Below, in pieces: positions 1 to 9,559 of a DNA stretch of 64,000 bases. The notes under the pieces were generated by a model, which did not search any database, was not told the origin of the DNA, and saw only the letters and a list, made by a program, of their open reading frames with translations. The position numbers and the translations under genes are program-made. The DNA comes from an uncultured Clostridia bacterium (GTDB taxonomy: Bacteria; Bacillota; Clostridia; RUG12999), in NCBI GenBank assembly GCA_934792465.1, contig CAKVOK010000008.1, forward strand, positions 3,206 to 67,205, in the 5' to 3' direction. Each line of letters opens with the position of its first letter. The first letter of the stretch is position 1.

Positions 1-388
1 ACCGGAGCTTAGCCTGAAAGAATTGGATTTTTCCGAGAAATCTTCGGTTATAGTCTATGGCAAGCTTATAATGATGAAAACCGCAAATTGCCCGTCTTAT
101 ACGCTATACGGGAAATGCGGTCAGACAGACGGCACTTCGCTGACGGACAGGAAAAACGAAAGCTTCGCAATGTCTTCCGATTGCAGGGAATGCGTCACAT
201 ATATATACAACTCAAAGCCCGTATATATGGCGGATAAACTGCACAGCATTAAAAATGTCGGTGCGTTTGATATTGTCTTTACGGATGAAACGCCCGAAAT
301 GTGCAGAAAAATCATAAAACTTTATAAAGCGGAGCTACATTGCCCGTTTGAGTTTACAAGAGGGCATTTTACAAGAGGTGTGATGTGA
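1..388 (+). CDS. C-terminal fragment of a U32-family peptidase-like protein (5' end outside window)
   Basis: The frame is open from base 2 to the TGA at 386-388, with no stop upstream of the tabulated TTG at 23. The product is Cys-rich and its tail ...FTRGHFTRGVM resembles the conserved end of clostridial U32 peptidases. Recognition is from memory only. Confidence 0.4.
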   Translation, partial: PELSLKELDFSEKSSVIVYGKLIMMKTANCPSYTLYGKCGQTDGTSLTDRKNESFAMSSDCRECVTYIYNSKPVYMADKLHSIKNVGAFDIVFTDETPEMCRKIIKLYKAELHCPFEFTRGHFTRGVM

Positions 389-885
389 AATACAGAAAAC
401 TTATATTGATTGCCGTAATCGGTGCTTTGAGCGGTGCTTTGGCAGCGGCGGAAAGCATGATTTCCGTTAATATTCTGCCCGGCGGCAGAATAGGACTTGC
501 CAATATTGCACTTATAATCGTGGTTGAACTTTACGGGTTTAAAGAAACAGCGGCGGTTGCCATGCTCAAAAGCGTATTGGCACTGCTTATAACCGGCAGC
601 GTGACAGGATTTGTATATTCGGTGTGCGGCGGAATTGCTTCGACGTTCGTCATGTCCGCCTGTAAGCGCATAAAGAGCGTAAGCCTTGTGGGTGTCGGTG
701 TTTCCGGTGCATTTGCAAATAATGTTGTGCAGACTGCCACAGCGGCGGTTATTATGACAAATCCGTATGTACTGTATTACATCGGCATATTGGGACCTGT
801 AAGCGTTGTGACCGGAATATTTACGGGAATTACGGCGAAAATGTGTATTAAATATATAGACAAAAAGGGAATATTATATGTGTAA
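385..885 (+). CDS. Gx transporter family membrane protein (Hpre_diP_synt_I-like)
   Basis: The GTG start overlaps the upstream stop (GTGA). The 166-aa polytopic protein has a motif pattern (GGRIGLANI..., LLITGSVTGFVYS, GGIAS) typical of the Gx transporter family. Confidence 0.7.
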   Translation: MKYRKLILIAVIGALSGALAAAESMISVNILPGGRIGLANIALIIVVELYGFKETAAVAMLKSVLALLITGSVTGFVYSVCGGIASTFVMSACKRIKSVSLVGVGVSGAFANNVVQTATAAVIMTNPYVLYYIGILGPVSVVTGIFTGITAKMCIKYIDKKGILYV

Positions 886-1453
886 ATTTGTTTTGGCGTC
901 AAAATCGCCCAGGAGAAAAGAAATATTAAAGGGAATCGGCGCAGACTTTAAAGTGTCCGCTTCGGACGCCGATGAAAATATCGATAAAAACCTTGAGCCT
1001 TTCATGTATGTGCAGGAGCTGGCAATGATTAAAGCGGCAGCTGCAAAGAATGAGAGTGCGGAATATATCATTGCGGCGGATACCGTGGTATATTTTAAAG
1101 GTAAGATAATGGGAAAACCCCATACAAAGGAAGAAGCGTTCGAGATGCTTGAAGCACTTTCGGGGAATACGCACAGCGTTTATACCGGAATATGCGTATG
1201 CAATCCGAAAAGCGGAGTATCCGTAACGGATTACGAAAAGACGGACGTTACGTTTAATAAGCTCACACACGATGAAATCCGCAGATATATCGAAAGCGGA
1301 GAGCCGTTCGACAAAGCGGGAGGCTACGGCATACAAGGCAAGGGCGCACTGCTTGTCGGAAAAATATCGGGAGATTATTTTAACGTCGTGGGTTTGCCGG
1401 CGTCAAAGCTCAATAAATTGTTAAAAAAAGAATTTAATACGGAATTGATATAA
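878..1453 (+). CDS. maf: Maf-like nucleoside triphosphate pyrophosphatase (septum formation protein)
   Basis: N-terminal LASKSPRRKEIL and C-terminal AGGYGIQG...GDYFNVVGLP are hallmark Maf motifs. It lies immediately upstream of mreB. Confidence 0.9.
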   Translation: MCKFVLASKSPRRKEILKGIGADFKVSASDADENIDKNLEPFMYVQELAMIKAAAAKNESAEYIIAADTVVYFKGKIMGKPHTKEEAFEMLEALSGNTHSVYTGICVCNPKSGVSVTDYEKTDVTFNKLTHDEIRRYIESGEPFDKAGGYGIQGKGALLVGKISGDYFNVVGLPASKLNKLLKKEFNTELI

Positions 1454-1466
1454 AGGAGAGATATAA

Positions 1467-2486
1467 ATGTTTTCAAAAGATATAGGAATCGACCTCGGAA
1501 CAGCGAATACACTTGTATATTTAAAGGGTGACGGCATAGTGGTAAACGAACCGTCTGTTGTTGCAATAAACCAGGCTACGGGCGAGGTTTTGGCAGTGGG
1601 AAACGAAGCTAAAGATATGATAGGAAGAACACCGGGAACAATAACGGCAGTAAGACCGATGAAAAATGGTGTTATTGCGGATTTTGAAGTTACACAGGTT
1701 ATGATAAAGAAGTTTATAGAAAAGGCAATTAAGAAAGGAAGCTTTTTCTTTAAACCGATGCTTGTTGTTGCAATTCCGTCGGGTGTTACGGAAGTTGAAA
1801 AACGTGCCGTTGAAGAAACCGGATTGCAGGCAGGCGCAAAGGAAGTGTTTATGGTATATGAGCCGATGGCTTCGTCGATAGGTTCGGGACTACCGGTAGG
1901 CGAACCTACAGGCAGTATGATTGTTGATATAGGCGGCGGCACGAGCGAGGTTGCGGTTATTTCTCTCGGAGGAATTGTTATCTGCAATTCCCTCAGAGTT
2001 GCCGGAGATGCTTTTGATTCTACAATAGTAAATTATGTAAAGCGCGAATGTAATCTCCAGATAGGCGACAGGACCGCCGAAGAAATAAAAATAGCTATAG
2101 GCTCGGCATATCCGTATGAAGATGAAGCATACATGGACATAAAAGGACGTGACATGGTAACCGGGCTTCCGAAAGTGACGAAAATCAAGGCTTCGCAGAT
2201 TAGGGAAGCTTTGAGCGAGCCTGTCAGCGAAATTATCGAATGTATAAAGCTTACTCTTGAAAAAACTCCTCCGGAACTTGCGGCGGATATCATGGAAAGA
2301 GGTATTATGCTTGCCGGCGGCGGAGCACTTTTGAGAGGTCTTGATAAGATAATTTCGATTGAAACAAAAATACCGGTTAATGTAGCAAATGAACCGCTTA
2401 ACGGCGTAATAAGAGGTATAGGAACAATACTTGAGGGAGATGAACGGGAAAAGCTCCGCAAAATTCTTGAAGCATCAAAAAGATGA
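1467..2486 (+). CDS. mreB: Rod shape-determining protein MreB
   Basis: Actin-fold motifs [42 protein letters not shown] and [15 protein letters not shown]. An AAGGAGAG RBS precedes the ATG. Confidence 0.95.
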   Translation: MFSKDIGIDLGTANTLVYLKGDGIVVNEPSVVAINQATGEVLAVGNEAKDMIGRTPGTITAVRPMKNGVIADFEVTQVMIKKFIEKAIKKGSFFFKPMLVVAIPSGVTEVEKRAVEETGLQAGAKEVFMVYEPMASSIGSGLPVGEPTGSMIVDIGGGTSEVAVISLGGIVICNSLRVAGDAFDSTIVNYVKRECNLQIGDRTAEEIKIAIGSAYPYEDEAYMDIKGRDMVTGLPKVTKIKASQIREALSEPVSEIIECIKLTLEKTPPELAADIMERGIMLAGGGALLRGLDKIISIETKIPVNVANEPLNGVIRGIGTILEGDEREKLRKILEASKR

Positions 2487-2842
2487 TTAAAAAAGCGGAT
2501 TGGGCGATAATTTGTTTTGTATTGTTATTTTCCGCTGCGACATATTTTTTCTGCGGATTTTCCGACAGCAAGCCGAAAACGGCAGTCATAGAAGTTGACG
2601 GCAAAGTTTTTGCGGAATACGAAATGAGCGGTATTAAAGGCGAAAAGATAGTCGACGTGTATGGGAAAAATAAAGTAAAAATCACACGGGATTATGCCGA
2701 GGTGATATATGCGGATTGTCCGGATAAACGTGATGTGAAGCAAGGAAAAATCACAAAATCCGGACAGATAATAGTTTGTCTGCCGAACAAAATGACAGTT
2801 ACGGTAAAGGATAAGAAAGAGTACGATGATATAAGCAGATAG
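2483..2842 (+). CDS. NusG domain II-containing small membrane-anchored protein
   Basis: ATGA overlap with mreB. It has an N-terminal TM helix and ...[27 protein letters not shown]..., which matches the CPD..C...G.I...G..IVCLPN signature of NusG_II proteins. Confidence 0.65.
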   Translation: MIKKADWAIICFVLLFSAATYFFCGFSDSKPKTAVIEVDGKVFAEYEMSGIKGEKIVDVYGKNKVKITRDYAEVIYADCPDKRDVKQGKITKSGQIIVCLPNKMTVTVKDKKEYDDISR

Positions 2843-2883
2843 GGATAAAATAACGGCCGGATTGCGGCGGAATGGAGATATTC

Positions 2884-3735
2884 ATGTTAATCGGAGTTTT
2901 AAAAAAGAAGTTTATTCCGTTTATTCTCGTGGTTGCAATTGTAATAGGAGGAGTTGCGGCGGCGAAACATATATTTTTTAAAGACAGCGGAGGAAAGGTC
3001 AATTTCATATCGGACGCAGTAGGTATTGTTGTTTCTCCCGTTCAGGGGGCGTTTTCGTGGGTGTTCGACAATATATCGCATATCGGCGTGTATTTTTCCA
3101 ATCTGAACAGGCTTGAAAAAGAAAATCTGCAATTGAAAAAGAATGTTTTGCAGCTTCAGGCGGATTTGAGCGAAAAAGAAAAATATGAACAGGAAAACGA
3201 ACGTCTGAGAGGTCTGCTGGATTTAAAGACCGTGAACAAGGATTTTGATACGGTAGGGGCATCTGTGATAGGCAGAGATGCGAATTTCAGCACCGGTATA
3301 ATCAAAATAGATAAAGGCACTATAGACGGAATTTCAAAAAATGATGTCGTAATAGACAGCGGCGGACTGGTGGGATATATTTCCGCAATCGGTACGACGT
3401 GGGCGAACGTAACAACAATATTGGCTCCGGAAACGAGCGTAAGCTGCATACTTCCGAGAACAGGCGAAATAATCATGCTCGGAGCGGAGCTTTCGGGAAG
3501 CAGAAAAAATCTGTGCAAGCTTTCGTATATTGCGGCGGACAGCACAATATCCGTAGGCGAAGCAGTGGAAACGTCCGGCGAGGGCGGCATATATCCGGAA
3601 GGGCTGTTCGTGGGACGTGTTGAAGCCATAACGGACGAGAAAAACGGCATTTCAAAAGAAGCCACTCTTAAACCTATGGCGGATTTTTCGTCGCTCAGAG
3701 AAGTACTTGTAATAAAACTCGGCGGAGAAGATTAA
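2884..3735 (+). CDS. mreC: Rod shape-determining protein MreC
   Basis: TM anchor, coiled-coil (LEKENLQLKKNVLQLQADLSEKEKYEQENERLRGLL), then a beta-rich domain (VVIDSGGLVGYIS...GIYPEGLFVGRV). GGAG sits 6 nt before the ATG at 2884. The alternative ATG at 2872 lacks an RBS. Confidence 0.85.
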   Translation: MLIGVLKKKFIPFILVVAIVIGGVAAAKHIFFKDSGGKVNFISDAVGIVVSPVQGAFSWVFDNISHIGVYFSNLNRLEKENLQLKKNVLQLQADLSEKEKYEQENERLRGLLDLKTVNKDFDTVGASVIGRDANFSTGIIKIDKGTIDGISKNDVVIDSGGLVGYISAIGTTWANVTTILAPETSVSCILPRTGEIIMLGAELSGSRKNLCKLSYIAADSTISVGEAVETSGEGGIYPEGLFVGRVEAITDEKNGISKEATLKPMADFSSLREVLVIKLGGED

Positions 3736-3763
3736 CAGAAAAGGAAGAACGGAGATAAATACA

Positions 3764-4252
3764 ATGTCGGAAGCAATAACCGCTATATTAATATTTGTAT
3801 TTTATATAATAAAAACAACAGTTGCGGCAAGAATCGGAATCACTGCGGTTTTGCCGGATTTTGTCATGGTTCTTGTGATTTGCTATGCCATGTGGGGCGG
3901 CAGAGAAAAAGGCGTGCTTATGGGGATTGCCGCAGGAATTTTTGCGGATGTTTTAAGCGGCGGATTCGGAAAATTCACGGCTGTATATATGTTTTCCGCT
4001 GCGGCGGCAGGTATGCTCGGCAGCGGCCTTTTCGGAAAAAATTTTGTAACGGCTTCGATTATAACACTGCTTATATCGATTGTGTACGGAATTATATCTG
4101 CGGCGTGTGTTTATATACTTAAAATAGATAATGCAATCGGAACGTATATTATATATAGGGTTGTTCCGTTTGTTATATACAATGTAATATGTGCGGCGGT
4201 ATTCTATCCAATTATAGACGCTGCCGGAGTATCATACAGAAGATATATTTAA
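3764..4252 (+). CDS. mreD: Rod shape-determining protein MreD
   Basis: 162-aa polytopic membrane protein directly after mreC. Size and position are typical of MreD. Confidence 0.7.
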   Translation: MSEAITAILIFVFYIIKTTVAARIGITAVLPDFVMVLVICYAMWGGREKGVLMGIAAGIFADVLSGGFGKFTAVYMFSAAAAGMLGSGLFGKNFVTASIITLLISIVYGIISAACVYILKIDNAIGTYIIYRVVPFVIYNVICAAVFYPIIDAAGVSYRRYI

Positions 4253-4271
4253 TCGGAGAAAGGGAACCTAA

Positions 4272-6317
4272 ATGTTAAAGAAAATCTTCAGACGTGAAAA
4301 TATTTTAATATTTATGGCTGTTGTTGCCGGTATTGCTTTGCTTGCCAGAATTATGGATTTACAGATTGTGAAGGGCGAGTATTACCGCAAGGTTGCGGAC
4401 AGCAGAATGTACAGAAGCACTGCGATTAAAGCGCCGAGGGGAGAAATTACCGACAGATACGGAAGAGCCATTGTCACGAATAAGGCAGCTTTAAGCATTA
4501 TGATTAATGATGATTTTGAAAACGACAAGGAAATGCACAGCGTCTTATCAAACTTACTTAAAATTACGGCGGCGGACGGCAGAGAATATGACGATTCTTT
4601 ACCGATTACTTATAAAAAACCGTATAAATTCAGATTCGATCACATGAACATATCGGCAACAGAAGAAGAATGGAAGAAAAATCATGATTTTGCCGACGAT
4701 GAAGATGCGGACGGCATTATGAAAAAGCTTATTAAAGAGTATAAGATTTCAAATAAATTCGATGATGATGAAACACGCAGTCTTGTCGGACTTATATACG
4801 ATATGAAAGAGCGTAATTTCAGTTCGAGAAGCTCATTTTTGTATATGAACGATATAGGACTGGAGCTTGTGTCGAAAATCAAGGAAAATTCAAAAATTTC
4901 AAAAGCCGTGGAGATTATGTCCGAACCGGTCAGAGATTATCCCATGGGGAAGATTGCTGCGCACATTTTAGGGCAGGTAGGTATTATATATAAAGAAGAA
5001 TACGATACTTTAAAGGACGAGGGCTACAGCATGAATGATATGCTCGGCAAAGACGGACTTGAAAAATATCTTGAACATTACCTCAAAGGTAAAGACGGTC
5101 TGAACAGCGTCGAAGTGGATATAAACGGCGAAACGGTCACGCTGTCGGAAAATAAAGAGGTAGTACCCGGAAACCGTGCAATATTGACAATCGATTCCGA
5201 TGTTCAGCGTGCGGCGGAAGAAACACTGGAACAGTCTGTGAAGAATTTGTACCGTGACGGTGCGCATGGCGTTGGCGGCGGTGCTGCCGTTGCAATAAAG
5301 GTAGATACCGGAGATGTTCTCGCACTTGCAAATTATCCTACCTATAATCCCGCAACCTTTAAGGAAGAATACGAGGAATTGGTAAATGATGTTAAGAAGC
5401 CGATGTTCAACAGAGCTATTGCGGGGGCGTATCCTCCCGGTTCAACATTCAAACCGCTTACGGCAATAGCCGGGCTGCAAACCGGAAATATTACGGGAAG
5501 CACGCTCATAAACTGTAACGGTCCGTATCAGTATTATGCGCCGTCATATACACCGGCGTGTTGGATATACAATGATTACAGAGGTAAACACGGACCTATA
5601 AACGTAGAAAAAGCACTTGAAGTTTCGTGCAACATATTTTTCTATGAAACAGGAAGAAGAGTAGGAATAAATACGCTCAACGAATACGGAAAGAAAGTCG
5701 GGCTCGGAGAAAAAACGGAAATCGAACTCAGCGGAGAGGTATCCGGAGTTCTCGCAGGACCGGAATATAGAAAGAAAATGGGCGAAGAATGGTTCCCGGG
5801 AGATACGATTCAGGCTGCGATAGGGCAGTCCGACAATACATTTACGCCTATTCAAATGGCAAACTATGCGGCAACGATAGCAAACGGCGGAACGAGATAC
5901 GCACCGCATCTTGTAAAAGATATTGTAAGCTACGACGGCACGGAAACCATACTTTCCGTCGAACCGAAAGTTTTGAGCAGTCTGGACGCCGACAAGGGAA
6001 ATATACAGCTTGTTCACAACGGAATGAGGCGTGTTGTGACGGAGGGCAGTCCGAAGAATGTCTTTAAAGACTGTGCCTTTTCGGTAGCCGGAAAAACGGG
6101 AACGGCACAGACGAGAAAAGATAAAACACCTCACAGCTGGTTTATTTCGTTTGCACCGTATGAGAATCCGCAGATTGCGATTGCGGTTGTTGTTGAAAAC
6201 GCAGGTGTAAACGGACTCGGAAAACACGTTTTTGAGGTTGCGAAAAATATGTATGAAGCGTATTTTTACGGAAATGAAACAGAAAGCACATCGGCAAAGA
6301 ATACTTTGCTGAATTAA
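4272..6317 (+). CDS. mrdA: Penicillin-binding protein 2 (elongation transpeptidase)
   Basis: N-terminal TM and dimerisation domain (APRGEITDRYGR). Transpeptidase motifs STFK (PPGSTFKP), SCN (EVSCNIFFY) and KTG (GKTGTAQ). Confidence 0.9.
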   Translation: MLKKIFRRENILIFMAVVAGIALLARIMDLQIVKGEYYRKVADSRMYRSTAIKAPRGEITDRYGRAIVTNKAALSIMINDDFENDKEMHSVLSNLLKITAADGREYDDSLPITYKKPYKFRFDHMNISATEEEWKKNHDFADDEDADGIMKKLIKEYKISNKFDDDETRSLVGLIYDMKERNFSSRSSFLYMNDIGLELVSKIKENSKISKAVEIMSEPVRDYPMGKIAAHILGQVGIIYKEEYDTLKDEGYSMNDMLGKDGLEKYLEHYLKGKDGLNSVEVDINGETVTLSENKEVVPGNRAILTIDSDVQRAAEETLEQSVKNLYRDGAHGVGGGAAVAIKVDTGDVLALANYPTYNPATFKEEYEELVNDVKKPMFNRAIAGAYPPGSTFKPLTAIAGLQTGNITGSTLINCNGPYQYYAPSYTPACWIYNDYRGKHGPINVEKALEVSCNIFFYETGRRVGINTLNEYGKKVGLGEKTEIELSGEVSGVLAGPEYRKKMGEEWFPGDTIQAAIGQSDNTFTPIQMANYAATIANGGTRYAPHLVKDIVSYDGTETILSVEPKVLSSLDADKGNIQLVHNGMRRVVTEGSPKNVFKDCAFSVAGKTGTAQTRKDKTPHSWFISFAPYENPQIAIAVVVENAGVNGLGKHVFEVAKNMYEAYFYGNETESTSAKNTLLN

Positions 6318-6335
6318 ATAAGGAGGCAAAATCAC

Positions 6336-6935
6336 ATGGAATTTGTACAGTTAAAGGGAACAAGAGATGGATTTAAAATAGTTGTTTCCGCAATTGCGAA
6401 AGGAGAAGATATATTACCGGAGCTTAAGGAAAAGCTTGAAGGTGCAAAAGAGCTTTTTGCGGCAAAACCGGAGCTTACCGCAGCAATAGAGGGAATAACG
6501 CTTACCTTCGCCGAAAAAGTAAATATTCAAAAATGTATACATGACGTGTTCGGCGAAAACGTTTTGATAGTATCCGAACAGCAGAAAAAGGCGGCACCGA
6601 CTGTACCGGAAACCATATTTCATACGGGAACGGTACGTTCGGGTATGAACCTTAAATCAGAGGGTCACCTCGTAGTTAAGGGAGATGTAAATCCGGGTGC
6701 GGAAATAAGTGCAGCGGGGAACATAGTGGTTCTCGGTGCATTAAAGGGCATTGTCCATGCCGGTACGGGCGGCAACAGAGATGCATATGTTGCGGCACTT
6801 CAGCTTTCACCTACGCAGATAAGAATTGCCGATATTATAACGAGAGCACCGGACGATGCGGTTGATGCCATTGTTCCGGAATATGCATATATTAAAGACG
6901 ACCGCATATACATCGACGACATTGTGAAAAAATAA
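6336..6935 (+). CDS. minC: Septum site-determining protein MinC
   Basis: C-terminal beta-helix motif GTVRSG...GDVNPGAEISAAGNIVVLGALKGIVHAG...A, upstream of minD and minE. Confidence 0.85.
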   Translation: MEFVQLKGTRDGFKIVVSAIAKGEDILPELKEKLEGAKELFAAKPELTAAIEGITLTFAEKVNIQKCIHDVFGENVLIVSEQQKKAAPTVPETIFHTGTVRSGMNLKSEGHLVVKGDVNPGAEISAAGNIVVLGALKGIVHAGTGGNRDAYVAALQLSPTQIRIADIITRAPDDAVDAIVPEYAYIKDDRIYIDDIVKK

Positions 6936-7012
6936 TGAAATTTCATGTCGAAAAATGCAATTTTAGTCAAAAATGCACAACATATTGTAGTGTGTATTAT
7001 ATAAATTAGATA

Positions 7013-7041
7013 TGGACAAATCGCAGTTTTTGTGGTATAAT
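7013..7041 (+). promoter_or_regulatory. Sigma-A-type promoter inside the minC-minD gap
   Basis: TGGACA (7013-7018), 17 bp, TATAAT (7036-7041), with an extended TG at 7033-7034, 44 nt upstream of the minD ATG. Confidence 0.5.
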
Positions 7042-7084
7042 ATATATAAGTGTTAAAAATGAACAAATTTAAGGGTGTGAAAAT

Positions 7085-7876
7085 ATGAGTAAAGTAATAG
7101 TTGTAACATCGGGAAAGGGCGGAGTAGGTAAAACTACGACAACCGCAAATATAGGAACGGCCCTTGCGATGGCGGGTTATAAGGTTGTATTGGTTGACGC
7201 CGATATAGGTCTTAGAAACCTGGATTTGGTTATGGGACTCGAAAACAGAGTTGTATATGACCTTGTAAATGTTGTTGAGGGTACTTGCAGACTGAAACAA
7301 GCCCTTATTAAAGATAAACGTCAGAAAGAGCTGTATATGCTTCCGGCGGCGCAGACAAGAGATAAAGATGCAGTGTCGGCAGAGCAGATGAAACAGCTTT
7401 GTGATGATTTGAGAAAAGATTTTGATTACATATTTATAGATTGTCCGGCAGGTATCGAACAGGGATTCAAAAATGCGATTGCCGGTGCGGACGAAGCTAT
7501 TGTTGTTACTACTCCGGAGGTTTCCGCAGTGCGTGACGCAGACAGAATTATAGGTCTGCTCGAAGCGAACGAGATAAGAGATCCGAAGCTTTTGGTAAAC
7601 CGTGTTCGTGTGAATATGGTTAAAAGCGGCAATATGCTGAATGTTGAAGATATAATAGAGCTTTTGGCAATAAACCTGATAGGCGTTGTTCCCGATGATG
7701 AGGATATAATTATAACATCAAACAAGGGCGAACCGGCTGTAATGAACCGGAATGCAAAAACAGGACAGGCTTATATGAACATTTCAAAGAGAATACTCGG
7801 CGAAGAAGTGCCGCTGCTCGATTTGAACAAAGATACAGTGCTTAAGAAATTTATGAACCTGTTCCGCAAAGACTGA
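7085..7876 (+). CDS. minD: Septum site-determining ATPase MinD
   Basis: Deviant Walker A SGKGGVGKTT, DCPAGIE, and a C-terminal amphipathic tail (LKKFMNLFRKD). Confidence 0.95.
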   Translation: MSKVIVVTSGKGGVGKTTTTANIGTALAMAGYKVVLVDADIGLRNLDLVMGLENRVVYDLVNVVEGTCRLKQALIKDKRQKELYMLPAAQTRDKDAVSAEQMKQLCDDLRKDFDYIFIDCPAGIEQGFKNAIAGADEAIVVTTPEVSAVRDADRIIGLLEANEIRDPKLLVNRVRVNMVKSGNMLNVEDIIELLAINLIGVVPDDEDIIITSNKGEPAVMNRNAKTGQAYMNISKRILGEEVPLLDLNKDTVLKKFMNLFRKD

Positions 7877-8035
7877 TAAAATATTTCGACTGAATTGCCG
7901 GCAGAATTAAAAATGCTGTCGGGAAGTCTTTGCCATGATTCGATACGGCAGTGAATTTTCCTATTATTCAGCCTTGCGTTAGGAGATTGCCGATACTAAA
8001 ATATGCCGGTGCAGGGCGGCGGAATGGAGATTAAT

Positions 8036-8314
8036 ATGTTTGAAAATTTTTTGGGAATGTTTTCACGGCAGAAATCCGGTGCTGTCGCAAAAGACAGAAT
8101 GCAGCTGCTGTTGGCTGTTGACCGCCAGAAAACATCTATTATTTCAGATGATACCATAAATAAAATAAAAGAAGAAATAATGCAGGTAATCAGTAAATAT
8201 CTTGACGTGGATATGACCGAACTTGATATTAAGGTCGAAAGGAAGACAGATGACACGGGCAGGGTTATGTCTGCCGTTGTTGCCAACATACCGATAAACA
8301 AAGCGTCAAAATAA
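8036..8314 (+). CDS. minE: Cell division topological specificity factor MinE
   Basis: ...[22 protein letters not shown]... is the MinE signature. GGAG sits 6 nt before the ATG at 8036. The tabulated ORF begins at 8003. Confidence 0.85.
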   Translation: MFENFLGMFSRQKSGAVAKDRMQLLLAVDRQKTSIISDDTINKIKEEIMQVISKYLDVDMTELDIKVERKTDDTGRVMSAVVANIPINKASK

Positions 8315-8334
8315 TCTTGCAGGAGGGAACGCAA

Positions 8335-8754
8335 ATGAATATAGCATTAATTGCTCATGATAAAAAGAAAGAGCTTATGGTGCAGTTTTGTATTGCATAT
8401 AAGGGAATATTGGAAAAACATAATATATGTGCTACTGCAACGACCGGCGGACTTGTTGCCGAAGCAACAGGGCTGACTATCCATAGATTTCTTTCGGGTC
8501 CCCAGGGCGGAGATCAGCAGATCGGCGCAAGAATTGCATATAATGAAATAGACATGGTGCTGTTTTTCAGAGATCCGCTTACGGCGCAGCCTCATGAACC
8601 GGATATAACGACTCTTTTACGTCTTTCGGATATTCACAATGTTCCCATAGCAACGAATGTCGCTACTGCAGAGGTGCTTGTTCAGGGCTTGGCAAGAGGT
8701 GATCTTGATTGGAGAGAAATAGTTAATCCAAAAGCAAAAATCGGTATAAGCTGA
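8335..8754 (+). CDS. mgsA: Methylglyoxal synthase
   Basis: [12 protein letters not shown]...ATATTGGLV...[12 protein letters not shown]...FFRDPL..QPHEPDI.. are classic MgsA motifs. An AGGAGG RBS lies upstream of the ATG at 8335. Confidence 0.9.
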   Translation: MNIALIAHDKKKELMVQFCIAYKGILEKHNICATATTGGLVAEATGLTIHRFLSGPQGGDQQIGARIAYNEIDMVLFFRDPLTAQPHEPDITTLLRLSDIHNVPIATNVATAEVLVQGLARGDLDWREIVNPKAKIGIS

Positions 8755-8769
8755 TTTTGATTTATAAGT

Positions 8770-8811
8770 AAAAGTTATATAGCAGACAAAGAGCTGCCAT
8801 ATAACTTTTTT
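8770..8811. terminator. Bidirectional stem-loop terminator between convergent mgsA and the TIGR03915 gene
   Basis: 16-bp inverted repeat with one mismatch (8770-8785 / 8794-8809), flanked by an A-run on one side and a T-run on the other. Confidence 0.6.
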
Positions 8812-8824
8812 GCACCTTGCCGGC

Positions 8825-9559
8825 TTAATCGGTATCGTACATTTCTATAATATTTTCCCAATACTTTTTTGGCATGAAGCTTTGGCGCAGCTTGTGATTT
8901 GTGCGTTCGTCAATTGCTATTGTTTTATAGAATACTTTCCATGCATGTTCAAATTCGTCTTCTTTGATTTCGGGGGAAACTTCATCAGTGTATTCGCTGA
9001 AATTCGTAGTTCCGTTAAATCGTATTACTACACGCTTTCTTTTTGTATCGCGTATAATCCAGTTTTCGTTACACATTCGGTTTTCAAAATGCTTGTAGAA
9101 TATAGGCAGAATGTTATAATCCGGCGAAATATCCGCAACATAAAAATTTTCGGCTTTTCTGAAACGCAGCAAGCCTTTTAATCTGTGGTTTTCAAACAAT
9201 ATCCTTTTATATAATTTCATAGCCTTGCCGATGATATCGACATTCAGATAAGTTTCGGTGTATTTCCCGTATTTCAGTCCTGCGGCGATGTATTCAGATA
9301 TAATATTTCCGGTTTCCGGCAGGTCGGAAAGATAGAGTATATATATCTGATGAACGAATCTGTCCGATATTTTGGTTCGGCAGCCGTTTAAAACCCTTTC
9401 AGCAAGCTCATCGTCCGTAGTTACCTCAATAATATCAAAAAAAGAGCAATTTTTAAAATATTTTACGGATTTTATTTCGGCATTTTTGCTTTTGTTTTTG
9501 TAGCACAAAAAGATTGCTGTCAGCAGTCCGTAAAAGCTGTCGTCATATAAGTAATACAT
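8825..9559 (-). CDS. TIGR03915-family probable DNA metabolism protein (partner of the radical-SAM repair protein)
   Basis: N-terminus MYYLYDDSFYGLLTAIF is typical of this family. It overlaps the 3' end of the radical-SAM gene by 17 nt. Confidence 0.7.
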   Translation of the reverse strand: MYYLYDDSFYGLLTAIFLCYKNKSKNAEIKSVKYFKNCSFFDIIEVTTDDELAERVLNGCRTKISDRFVHQIYILYLSDLPETGNIISEYIAAGLKYGKYTETYLNVDIIGKAMKLYKRILFENHRLKGLLRFRKAENFYVADISPDYNILPIFYKHFENRMCNENWIIRDTKRKRVVIRFNGTTNFSEYTDEVSPEIKEDEFEHAWKVFYKTIAIDERTNHKLRQSFMPKKYWENIIEMYDTD

